DNA of 46,628 nt from a virus. Taxonomy: Duplodnaviria; Heunggongvirae; Uroviricota; Caudoviricetes. The DNA is taken from positions 1 to 46,628 of IMG/VR virus record IMGVR_UViG_3300003155_000137, one strand, 5' to 3'. Made by a program: the position numbers and the translations under genes. Below, piece after piece: positions 35,340 through 44,916 of this stretch; the stretch's first letter is position 1; every line of letters starts with the position of its first letter. A model generated the notes under the pieces. It was not told the origin of the DNA. It saw only the letters and a list, made by a program, of their open reading frames with translations, and did no database searches.

Positions 35340-36060
35340 CACGCCGATGTCCATCTTGGCATGTATATCTTTACACTGGGGTAATGGGTACCCGCGCCGC
35401 ATGGGATGCATTCGCCCAATCATTCCCCTTCGGGGGAGTAGGAGGGAGCGGGTGGGGTAGGCGGTGTGATGCAGGGTTCCATGAGATGAACATGATGCAT
35501 GTGGTATGCAATCCATGTGGCGGTATTCATGAAATGAATGATGAAGCGCGTTCCATACCCATATCGCATGGGTGTGGTATCCACGATGGAGTGAACCATG
35601 GGTGGAGCCATGAGGCATGTCATGAAGCGAATCGTGAAGTCGATGAAGCGTAACATCGATGTCCGATATCGCAATCAATCACGCAATCAATGGGTATCGC
35701 AACCGATGACCGATTACGTAGTCCATCATTCGGTGGTGTGATTCCATGATGTGGATGACATCGGATGATGTACATGTGAATCATGAACCAGCATGTGTGA
35801 ATCCATGACCGTGATCGATGAACCGTCATAACTGACTTCAGTGAACGACCATCATGGAATCCATGAGTGAATCCGTGTGATGAACCATCATCATGAACCA
35901 TCATGAGTGGATGATGTGCAACCATCATGTTCGATTGATGTCCATCAACCTGCATCAGGGCATGTTCGGCCATGTCTCTACATGTACCCGGTCCATGAAT
36001 CCACCGGTTCCACCAAGGGAGGGGTCCGTCGCCGCCACGGTTTCCATGATGCGTATACGT
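35340..36060. repeat. CATG-saturated low-complexity non-coding region
   Basis: 27 CATG counted by eye in ~700 nt; recurrent TGAA(C/T)C(A/G)T units. Confidence 0.7.
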
Positions 36061-36744
36061 GGCCGGTTCCTCCGTAGAGACGTCCCGAGAGGCATCCGAA
36101 CGGATGCACGGCCGGATCGCCGTTCAGGTCGGCGCACCCGAACCCAGGCGTCATGGTGACGCCGGACCGGCACGGTCGATGTGACCGCCGAAGTGGCCCG
36201 TGATGGTGCGGAGAATGCTTCCGGTCCCTCCTCGGACAGGGCGCATAGCGGGGTCCCTGTCCCTTTTCGCCGCCGCGTCGTCTCACGACGATGCATGTGG
36301 CGGCTACTGTCCATCACGTCCACGCCGGCCCTGACACCTACCGTCCGAGCAGTCACGCCTTGATGATCCGGGCAGAGTCGTTCGGCCTATGGACGGGTGG
36401 GTCTCGACCACCCTGCGGTTCGGCCGGTGACGGACGCCCTATACGCCGCGATTCCGTATGCATGCCGCTTCATGTACGGTTCGCGTCGCCGGATCGGGTC
36501 CGGCGGTCGGGTTCCGCCAAGAGGCCCGGATTGGGCCGGTGGTGCCGGGTTCCCCGCGCTGGTGCGCGCTGTGAACCTCCGTGGGCCTTCGTCCACGGTC
36601 GGATGCGCGAACATCCGATGGAACCGGAGTGTAGCACAAGGACCCGCCATAGGGAAATGCGTTTCGGTTATGGCTGGGACGCTGATATGCCTCACGGGTA
36701 TCGCACCTCGTTTTCGATGTCTGCGGAGTGTCCTATAATTGGAT

Positions 36745-37071
36745 GTGTGCGCGGAGGACGATGCCGCGCGGGAAGGCTGGCCCGGTATGAGATACGACGA
36801 CACGCTCCAGGCATGGGTCATGGATGGCTCTGAGGCCCCGGAGTGCCCCATGTGCGGTGCGCTGCTGGAGATGGGGTGGAACGACTGCCGGTGCGGCCTT
36901 GAACTGAACGTCGAGACCATCAGGTCCGACGAGGGAGTCGTGACGCTGGTGACGCAGGAGCACGACGAGATGAGGGAGCTGAGGGAGCGTGTCGAGGGCG
37001 GAACGCCGTCATGGGGCGCTGGCGTCGCTGATGCGTCGTCTGCTGCCGGCCAGCAGGTCGCGCTCCTCTAG
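36745..37071 (+). CDS. small zinc-ribbon protein (start 36745 GTG or the ATG of MRYDD)
   Basis: CPMC...CRC; TATAATTG at 36734. Confidence 0.55.
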   Translation: MCAEDDAAREGWPGMRYDDTLQAWVMDGSEAPECPMCGALLEMGWNDCRCGLELNVETIRSDEGVVTLVTQEHDEMRELRERVEGGTPSWGAGVADASSAAGQQVALL

Positions 37072-37093
37072 GCGAACGAACGGAAGGAAACGG

Positions 37094-37543
37094 ATGTCTT
37101 TCAGGACCATCAGGCCAGAGGATGAGATCGACCCCAAGGCGAGGCTGTTCGTGGTCAACAACAGCGCGTCGAACAAGAAGCTGTCGTGGAACGGGGGAAG
37201 CTGCATGCTCAGCGCCCCCGGCTCCGAGGGCAGCATTCAGCCGCTCAATCACGAGCTGCTGTCCAACCCGCACTTCGTGGCCATGTGGGCGGATGGCCGC
37301 GTCCTCGTGACCGATTCCCCGTCGGCGCAGCGTTCGGCGATCTCCGACATCGCCATCCGCAACAGGGAGAAGGCCAGGCGCGACTCCGAACTCAAGCGCA
37401 TGGTGGTGGAGGACGTGTCCGGCTCCGACGACCCGAACGCCAAGGCCGAGGACGTGAGCTACAAGGCGAAGCGGATCGCCTCCGACGTCTCCAACGACCC
37501 CGTGGTCGTATCGGCACCCGGACTCCCCGAGGCGGATGACTGA
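37094..37543 (+). CDS. hypothetical protein preceding portal
   Basis: RBS GAAGGA; tightly coupled to portal gene. Confidence 0.65.
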   Translation: MSFRTIRPEDEIDPKARLFVVNNSASNKKLSWNGGSCMLSAPGSEGSIQPLNHELLSNPHFVAMWADGRVLVTDSPSAQRSAISDIAIRNREKARRDSELKRMVVEDVSGSDDPNAKAEDVSYKAKRIASDVSNDPVVVSAPGLPEADD

Positions 37544-37545
37544 CG

Positions 37546-39096
37546 ATGGCGCTGTTCGGCAGGGGACGTGACCGTGAGGAGAGGCGGAGGCTGGGTTCGT
37601 CCTCGATAGGCAGGAACAACAGCGTGAGGACCGCCTCCACCAATATCGTCGTGAGGCCCCGCGACGAGGAGCAGACGTTCCTCAAGGAGTCCGGAAACTG
37701 GCTCGACGTCGACAACGCCGAGGACAGGCGCGAGCTCCGCGACAAGATACGTCGCTACTCCATGTACAACGACGCCATGAACGTGGTCATCACACTGACC
37801 TCGATGTTCGCGTCATCCGGCCCCAAGATCGTATGCGAGGACGCCCAGAACGAGGCGGTGCTCAACGAGTACTTCGAGTCGCACGGCATGGCCGAGTTCC
37901 TGTACGAGTTCATCAGGGAGTATCTGATATCCGGGGAGGCCACCAGCTTCGCGTCGTGGGACGAGGACGGCATGTGCCTCACCGACGAGCAGATACTCGA
38001 CCCCGACCAGATAGAGGTCACGCCCTCCCTGTGGAAGGACGACGACCACATCGTCATCGCGCCGCCGGACGCGGTGGCCGAGGTGTTCATGGACGAGAGC
38101 AACCCGGACCACTACGAGGCCGTGTCCGAGATGCCCGAGCTCTACGAGGCCATATCGGCCGGAAAGCCGCTTCGCGTCGACGACGAGAAGATCATCCGCA
38201 TCGTCAACCGCGCGAAGCCGTGGGACAGATACGGGACCCCGATGTTCACCCCGGCGCTTTCGGCCCTCGTACAGGAGGAGGCCCTCGACGCCGCCCTGTA
38301 CGAGCAGCTCTACACGCTGATAACGCCGACCATCATCGGCACCGTCGGATTGAAGGCCGGGGAGCTTGGCCCGAACAGCTCGCCGTGGGTTCCGACGCAG
38401 GACCAGCTCGACCAGATAGCCGAGACGTACCGCAACATGATGATGGCGAGGTTCAGGCTCGGCCTGTTCACCATCGGCGTGGATTTCAAGAACGCATTCG
38501 CCAATGCGCAGATTCCCGACCTATCGAAGGACTACGCGAGGTGCGAGCAGAAGATCCTCCGCTGCGTCGCGGCCGGCAAGGGCCTTCTCGACGGCTCCTC
38601 CGGTGGCCCGTGGGCGTCCGGCGCGCTGAACCGCGACGTGTACGCCTCGGTCATCCAGTTCATCCGCGACAAGGTGTCCCACGCCTTCCAGAAGCGCATC
38701 GACACCGTGATACACAGGCTGGGCATCGTGGCGTACCGCCCCAACGACGACGGTGAGCGGGTGCGCGTCCTGACCGAGGATGGGAAGCCCGTGTACGAGA
38801 CGGCCTTCCTGGACTTCGACCACGGCGTCATGAGGAACGCCAACGACCAGATGGACGTCCTCATCAAGCTCGCCGACAAGGGCGTGCCCATCTCGTGGCA
38901 GACGCTCGCCGACTCCGCCGAGTCCGGCATCCAGGTTGCCGAGGAGATACGGTCCCTGAAGGACGAGCAGGACCTCCAGAAGAAGGTCGGCATGGAGACC
39001 GACCCGATCATCGAGGCGAGGGAGCGGCTGTCCGGAGGGGATGCCGACGAGGACGACGCCGAACCCAGAAGCCCGTTGAACATCGACGCGATGTGA
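37546..39096 (+). CDS. portal protein
   Basis: 516 aa; E.LYEFIREYLISGEAT, EQILDPDQIEV, PWDRYGTP pattern and size fit portal proteins of large actinophages. Confidence 0.7.
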   Translation: MALFGRGRDREERRRLGSSSIGRNNSVRTASTNIVVRPRDEEQTFLKESGNWLDVDNAEDRRELRDKIRRYSMYNDAMNVVITLTSMFASSGPKIVCEDAQNEAVLNEYFESHGMAEFLYEFIREYLISGEATSFASWDEDGMCLTDEQILDPDQIEVTPSLWKDDDHIVIAPPDAVAEVFMDESNPDHYEAVSEMPELYEAISAGKPLRVDDEKIIRIVNRAKPWDRYGTPMFTPALSALVQEEALDAALYEQLYTLITPTIIGTVGLKAGELGPNSSPWVPTQDQLDQIAETYRNMMMARFRLGLFTIGVDFKNAFANAQIPDLSKDYARCEQKILRCVAAGKGLLDGSSGGPWASGALNRDVYASVIQFIRDKVSHAFQKRIDTVIHRLGIVAYRPNDDGERVRVLTEDGKPVYETAFLDFDHGVMRNANDQMDVLIKLADKGVPISWQTLADSAESGIQVAEEIRSLKDEQDLQKKVGMETDPIIEARERLSGGDADEDDAEPRSPLNIDAM

Positions 39097-39104
39097 GGTG
39101 ATGC

Positions 39105-39314
39105 ATGGACAATACACACAAGGCATGCCCGTTCTGCGACAGCCCGGCGACGTTCGCCTCGGAACGTCCGGTGAACCATCCGTGCGGGGCCGATGGGGTG
39201 CATGCATTCGACGTGAGGTGCGCCGGATGCACGGCGATGGTGTCCGGGCCGGTCATGAGGGACGCCGTTGCGGCATACGACGCCGCATACGCGATGTGGG
39301 ACAGGAGAGCATGA
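39105..39314 (+). CDS. Lar-family-like zinc-binding protein
   Basis: ACPFC...F.VRC.GC.A...DAV.AY...WDRR. Confidence 0.55.
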   Translation: MDNTHKACPFCDSPATFASERPVNHPCGADGVHAFDVRCAGCTAMVSGPVMRDAVAAYDAAYAMWDRRA

Positions 39315-40342
39315 ATATGGCGGATGAATCAACACCGCTGGTCGACACCACGCAGACCGAGGTCTATCCGGACAAGAGCTACAAGCACATAGCCCGTGCG
39401 AGACGGTACGACTTCATCTCCCTGAGCACGGACAACTGGAGCGGCATCAGCTTCAGGCAGTTCCAGCGCCGTGAGGTGAGGCCGGACAAGGACTCGGTGT
39501 ACGTCCACGTATGGAGAACCATCACCGACGACTCGATGGAGAACCATAGGGAGAGCCTCGCCACCCATGATGACGACATCGTATGGGATTCGGACTCCGA
39601 CGCCCGCTATCTCATCCGCGCGGAGTGGCTGGACGACCCGTGCACCATCGAGGTCGAGTGGCATTGGAACAACGGGACGACCGGCAGGTCCGGAAGGAAG
39701 GCGACCCTCTGGTACAGGGCCGAGGACTTCATGCCCACGTACTGTTCGCTCTCCGACTCCGAGCGTCTGCTGTGCGATTCCATTCTCGGCAGGTTCTCCC
39801 TGCTCAGGGACAACCATTACGGTCAGGGGATGCCGAACCTCGCCGAGGACGTGCAGACCTCGTATTCGCTTGAGGACATCGCCGAGTGCATGTACATCGC
39901 CCTCCAGCGCATCAACATGACCGCCATCCAGCCCACGAACTACCAGCTCGGTCAGGACGCCGAGGGGCGGTCGTTCCCCGAGATATGGTACAACCTCCTG
40001 ATGGTCGAGACCCTCATCGAGGTCATCCGCAAGCTGGTTTGGGGATACCTAGAAACGCCGGACATCAACGGGAACACCGGGGTGGCCTACGCGGATAGGC
40101 GGGGCTACTACGACCGTTGGAGGGGGGTGTTAGGGGACCTCCAGTCCGACGCGAAGGCTCTTGAGGAAAGCTACAGAAGACAGACCTTGAACCTCACTGC
40201 ATCCTCCACACTCGTCGGAGGGGGCATCTACGGAAGGGGGTCTGGATTCATCTCCAACAGGATGATCCAGGCGGTTCAGAGAGGGTGGATCCAGAACATG
40301 CACATCGCCCCCGACATCGTTGTGGCAGACCCGAACAACTGA
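39311..40342 (+). CDS. head-tail connector / neck protein (putative)
   Basis: Follows portal; Ig-like N-half and helical C-half (YL.TPD......YADRR.YYDRW) as in neck proteins of large phages. Confidence 0.5.
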   Translation: MNMADESTPLVDTTQTEVYPDKSYKHIARARRYDFISLSTDNWSGISFRQFQRREVRPDKDSVYVHVWRTITDDSMENHRESLATHDDDIVWDSDSDARYLIRAEWLDDPCTIEVEWHWNNGTTGRSGRKATLWYRAEDFMPTYCSLSDSERLLCDSILGRFSLLRDNHYGQGMPNLAEDVQTSYSLEDIAECMYIALQRINMTAIQPTNYQLGQDAEGRSFPEIWYNLLMVETLIEVIRKLVWGYLETPDINGNTGVAYADRRGYYDRWRGVLGDLQSDAKALEESYRRQTLNLTASSTLVGGGIYGRGSGFISNRMIQAVQRGWIQNMHIAPDIVVADPNN

Positions 40343-40385
40343 CAATGGTGGTTTACTTGTACCCTCATAGGTGTATAATGAGGGT

Positions 40386-42698
40386 ATGAGTAGATGCAGG
40401 ACATGTGGTGAGACTTTCGACAACGGATTCGCGCTGGCCGTCCATGTTGATTCGGTTCATGGCGGAGAGCACAAGTGTGAGAAGTGTGGGCGTGTCTTCT
40501 CGACGAAGAGCGCCTACACCTACCACATGAACCATTCGTTGTCGTGTACGGATCGTCGGCAGATTGAATCGACCTGTGACATCTGTGGCAGGACGTTCTC
40601 ATCGGTCCACGGTATGAAGATGCATCGTAGGTTCCACGACAAGGGCTTTGGCGAGAGGGTCGGTCGCAAGAAGGGTGTCCATCAGACGAACGCTCAGTGC
40701 AACACCGAAAAGGCGCGGGCCAAGAAGAGGGATACATGGAATCGCAAGATGGCCGACTCCATGCGTGGCGACGGACTGAACGAGGAGCAGATAGCGCTGT
40801 TGCTTGATGCCGAAAAGGTGAGGTCGGCCCTTTCTGGGGCCAAAAGCGTGTCCGGGGCCGCCGAGGGAATTGGTGTAGACCCGAAGTATCTGAGGCGTGC
40901 TATGGATCGCTACGGAATAAAGACCGATGGCCTGACGGTTCATGGTTCGATGCTGGGCGATGCCATGAGGAATCCGAAGCCGAAGCGGATCTACCAATGC
41001 GACGAGTGCGATGAGTCGTTCCAGTCTCGGCGTGATATGCTCAACCACAGGAAGAGCGAGCACAGAACATGCAGGAAGTGCGGCTTCGTTGCAGACAATG
41101 CAGAGGCGCTCAGACGTCATGAAATAGCGGAGAACGGCACGACATGTCCACGATGCGGCCGATTCACGCACAGGCTCATCGGTCTTGAGCGATGCACATC
41201 GTGCTACAAGAAAGAGCGGTTGGTCGCAAGGACATGTCCGCAATGCGGATGTGAGATGCATGTCGACATGTCGGCTGGCGAGTCGACCGTCTGCGTCAGA
41301 TGCAAGAGACGCAACAATTCGATGGATTGCGTCTGCCCCGATTGTGGACGGCAGTTCGTCGGTTCGCATGTCGGTCAGCGATGCCAGTCATGTCAGACCA
41401 AAATGAATCGGGACGCGAGACCTCAGGGTGTGTGCGAACGTTGTGGACGCGGTGGTCCTGTTGACCTAATCAAGGATGGGCTGTGCCACTATTGCCGTAA
41501 CGTCGACGCGGCGAAGAGGGTCTTTCTGGAGCGGTATGGGGTCGATTCTCCTTTCAAGCTCGATTCGTTTCAGGAGAGGTGCCACGACCTATCCGCAAAA
41601 TCCAGAGCTGTCTCCGCAAAGACTCGAATGGACGATGTGGTTCTTTCGTATGGTGCCAACCCCAAGGTCGTCAACTCAAAGGATGGTCTGTCGAATCCGA
41701 TTGATACGGTTGACCATCCAACGATAGCCGGTCTTGCTGATGCCGCTGGCGTTCCATACTATATGATGCGTGCAAGAATCGGGCGGTTCGGTTTATACGA
41801 CCGTGTCGAACACGAGGTGTCGTATCCGCAGTACAGGTGGACCGAGGACATTCGACCGATGACCGAATCGATCACCACCGAGACCCACATCTACGGCGAT
41901 AACAGGCGGAAATGCGACATCGTAGCCAACGGGAACATAGGTATCGAGATAAACCCGTCAAGCACACACTACTCGCTGTCTGCCAGCGGAGACGGCGGGT
42001 GTGACCGCGACTATCACTATCGTCGCTCGCGCGACGCCGAAGCCAACGGCTACGAGGTCATCCATGTGTGGGATTGGATACCGCGTGGCAAGATGCTGTC
42101 ATTTATCGGGTCGAAGCTGCATAGCGACGAGCATCGGATCAGCGCCAGAAAGTGTGATCTCGTCGTAGTCGATGCCAAGACGGCCAACAGGTTCTACGAG
42201 GCCAACCACATTCAGGGTGGTCTTCATTCCGGGCTGAAGGTGAATTACGCGCTGGTTGTGAACGGCGATGAGATAGTCGCAATGTCGAGCTATGGGAAGA
42301 GCAGGTTCGACAGGTCGCATCAGTGGGAGTGGCTTCGTTATTGCTCGGCCGATGGATGGCATGTCTATGGCGGCGCTGGCAGAATGCAGAAGGCTTTCGT
42401 CGACGAACACTCGCCGAAGTCGGTCGTCACCTATACGGACTATTCGAGGTCGAACGGCGGTATGGACGAGGCCCTCGGCTGGTCGTTCCTCAGATATACC
42501 GGCCCGTCGCTCATCTGGTGGAACGGAACCAGGGCCGTGCGAGACAGCTCCCTCCTTCGCGTCGGAGCCGACAGGATACTTGGAACGCATTATGGCCCCC
42601 GCGAGGAATGTGGCCTTGACAACCACGGCATCATGATGAACGAGGGGTATCTTGGGATATATGATTGCGGCAGCAAGGTCTATGAACTCCCGATATGA
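40386..42698 (+). CDS. C2H2-finger/zinc-ribbon protein with Vsr-like nuclease and Hef-like C-terminus (homing-endonuclease-like)
   Basis: 3-5 C2H2 fingers, four CxxC..CxxC pairs, FLERYGV motif, CDI...IEIN..H....H...GYEVIHVWDW, then ARKC...F...NHIQG...EW.RYC...GG.....SVVTY.D...YDCG. Confidence 0.7.
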   Translation: MSRCRTCGETFDNGFALAVHVDSVHGGEHKCEKCGRVFSTKSAYTYHMNHSLSCTDRRQIESTCDICGRTFSSVHGMKMHRRFHDKGFGERVGRKKGVHQTNAQCNTEKARAKKRDTWNRKMADSMRGDGLNEEQIALLLDAEKVRSALSGAKSVSGAAEGIGVDPKYLRRAMDRYGIKTDGLTVHGSMLGDAMRNPKPKRIYQCDECDESFQSRRDMLNHRKSEHRTCRKCGFVADNAEALRRHEIAENGTTCPRCGRFTHRLIGLERCTSCYKKERLVARTCPQCGCEMHVDMSAGESTVCVRCKRRNNSMDCVCPDCGRQFVGSHVGQRCQSCQTKMNRDARPQGVCERCGRGGPVDLIKDGLCHYCRNVDAAKRVFLERYGVDSPFKLDSFQERCHDLSAKSRAVSAKTRMDDVVLSYGANPKVVNSKDGLSNPIDTVDHPTIAGLADAAGVPYYMMRARIGRFGLYDRVEHEVSYPQYRWTEDIRPMTESITTETHIYGDNRRKCDIVANGNIGIEINPSSTHYSLSASGDGGCDRDYHYRRSRDAEANGYEVIHVWDWIPRGKMLSFIGSKLHSDEHRISARKCDLVVVDAKTANRFYEANHIQGGLHSGLKVNYALVVNGDEIVAMSSYGKSRFDRSHQWEWLRYCSADGWHVYGGAGRMQKAFVDEHSPKSVVTYTDYSRSNGGMDEALGWSFLRYTGPSLIWWNGTRAVRDSSLLRVGADRILGTHYGPREECGLDNHGIMMNEGYLGIYDCGSKVYELPI

Positions 42699-42839
42699 TA
42701 AAATATCGTTCGTCTGCGTGGAAGGGCATGGCTTGGATGGTCGCATATAGATTCAAGGGACGTGCGGGCTGACCGGAATCACCACCGAACCGTATCGTCC
42801 GATGTGTCCGCGGTTCGAGGTCAAGAAAGTGGAGTGGCG

Positions 42840-43070
42840 GTGAATTTCAGGAACTACTACCAACGATGTTGGCTCGCCGACGACAGCAGGTCGGGGGCGA
42901 TCTACGACGTCTTCCCGGAGACGCTTGATTCGGAGACCATCGTCGTCACCGTCATCGAGAACGGCATCACCAACGTCATCGGCAGGACCGAATCATATGG
43001 TGATGCGTTCTCGCTGTGCGAACGGCACGACGCCTCGACATCATCCGCCAAGTCTGACCTGACCCGGTAG
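42840..43070 (+). CDS. hypothetical protein (GTG start)
   Basis: ORF with GGAG RBS and phage codon bias. Confidence 0.5.
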   Translation: MNFRNYYQRCWLADDSRSGAIYDVFPETLDSETIVVTVIENGITNVIGRTESYGDAFSLCERHDASTSSAKSDLTR

Positions 43071-43083
43071 TATGATTGGCCAT

Positions 43084-44916
43084 ATGGATCAGGATTGCAG
43101 GGAACGCCTGTCGAAGGCGATACGCGCGTACTACGCCGGCGACCAGGAATCGCCGGACTGGATGGATGACGAATCGTATGAGGAGCTTGTGGCCGAATCC
43201 GGGATATCCGGCTTCGACCTTGAGGAACTGAAGCGTTCGTCGGTGACGCTGGTGGACAAGATCAGGCACAAGTGGCCGATGGGCACGCTCGACAAGATTC
43301 ACGACATGTCCGAGCTCCCCGATGCCACGGGGTACAGGGTGTTCGAGCTCAAGTACGACGGATGCTCCATCGAGGTCCACTTCGATGCGAACGGCGTCAT
43401 GGACTACGCATGCACCCGTGGCGACTACACCTACGGCGAGAACAGGACCGAGCTCGCACGGTGCCTGATGTCCTACGGGATCATAGACCCGGACCTCTCC
43501 GTCTACCATGAATGCTCGGTGCGCGGAGAGCTGCTCGTGTCCAACGACGACTGGCCGGCGCTCTCCGACACCTACTCCAACCAGAGGAACGCGGCGGCCG
43601 GGATAGCCAACCGGGACGACCTGTCGCTTGCGAGGTTCCTCACGTTCGTCCCATACGACGTCGTCAGCGACGCCGACGGGACCGTGTCCATGGTCGGAGC
43701 GGCCTTCGATGCCGGCACCCCTCCGGTCTTCGGCGACATGGAGTCGGCAACCGATGCGTTCGAGCACGCCGATGTGCCGGTGGATGGCGTCGTCGTCAAG
43801 GACTATGAGGACGGTTCCTGCACGAGACAGACGTCGGCGGTCGCATACAAGTTCTCGGACAGGACGTATGAGACCAAGCTGGTGGACGTCGTGTGGCAGC
43901 GCGGAAGGACCGGCAAGCTCACTCCGATAGCCGTCTTCTCCCCGGTGTTCATCGACGCCGAGGTGTCCCGTGCGTCCCTCGGTTCGTATCGCAGGTTCGA
44001 GGAGCTTAATCTCCACGTCGGCGACGTCATATCGGTTCGCAGGGCCAATCAGGTCATCCCATACGTCGAGTCGAACGCCGGTGGGGGCGGCGCTGCCATT
44101 CATGCACCGTCTTGGTGGAACGGCGAGCGGACATACGTCGATGGCGCGAACCTGTTCGTCAAGGTGGACACCCGCTGGATGGATCGGCTGCTGTCGCAGG
44201 TGAACACGCTGGCCGGCAAGGGCGTGTCGGACGCCTTCGTCAACGATGTGGTGAACGCCTACGGGGTCACGACGCTCTGCGAGCTGTACGCCACGGTGAT
44301 GGACGACTCGTTCTCCATCCCCGGATACGCCGAGAAGCGCAAGGCCAAGGTGAGGGGCGCGCTGTCCGAGATATCCAGGTGTTCGTTGCAGGACTTCATC
44401 ACGGCGATGGCGATAGACCATCTGGGTCCGAAGACCGTGGACAAGATCGTCGACAAGGCGTCGTTCCTCGCGGACGAGAGCAACTGCTCGGCGGCCGAGT
44501 ACATCACGAGGCTCGGCTCCCCATACGAGTTCGCCTACGCCATATCGGGCATGGGCGAGGTGGCCTCAAAATCGTTCGCCGACGCGCATTCCGACATCGT
44601 GGAGCAGCTCAACGAGTTCCGCAGGACGTTCGGAGAGTATCCGGGCGCGACCAGAACGACCGAATCAGGGGCGAAGGTCGTCGTGACCGGCAGGTTCGAC
44701 GGGCTGACGAGACGCGACGTCGAGGATGAGCTGACGGCCAACGGGTTCTCCATATCCGACAGGGTTTCCCCATCCACGAGGTTCCTGTTCGCCGGGAAGG
44801 GCGGGGGATCGAAGCGCGACGCCGCCAAGTCGCTCGGGGTGACCATCATCGAGACCGACGGCGACCTCAACTCCGGACTCAATCTCATAAAGGAATCCGA
44901 AAGAAAGGGTGCGTGA
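43084..44916 (+). CDS. ligA: NAD-dependent DNA ligase
   Basis: H..PMGTLDK, ELKYDG adenylation motif, VRGEL, RNAAAG, DGVVVK, AVAYKF, W..GRTG.LTP, C-terminal BRCT (VVVTGRF). Confidence 0.92.
   Translation: MDQDCRERLSKAIRAYYAGDQESPDWMDDESYEELVAESGISGFDLEELKRSSVTLVDKIRHKWPMGTLDKIHDMSELPDATGYRVFELKYDGCSIEVHFDANGVMDYACTRGDYTYGENRTELARCLMSYGIIDPDLSVYHECSVRGELLVSNDDWPALSDTYSNQRNAAAGIANRDDLSLARFLTFVPYDVVSDADGTVSMVGAAFDAGTPPVFGDMESATDAFEHADVPVDGVVVKDYEDGSCTRQTSAVAYKFSDRTYETKLVDVVWQRGRTGKLTPIAVFSPVFIDAEVSRASLGSYRRFEELNLHVGDVISVRRANQVIPYVESNAGGGGAAIHAPSWWNGERTYVDGANLFVKVDTRWMDRLLSQVNTLAGKGVSDAFVNDVVNAYGVTTLCELYATVMDDSFSIPGYAEKRKAKVRGALSEISRCSLQDFITAMAIDHLGPKTVDKIVDKASFLADESNCSAAEYITRLGSPYEFAYAISGMGEVASKSFADAHSDIVEQLNEFRRTFGEYPGATRTTESGAKVVVTGRFDGLTRRDVEDELTANGFSISDRVSPSTRFLFAGKGGGSKRDAAKSLGVTIIETDGDLNSGLNLIKESERKGA

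Noticed and set aside
35420-35973. His/Met-rich ORFs in the CATG region
   Set aside because: Their composition follows trivially from CAT/ATG repeats; no RBS or consistent frame.
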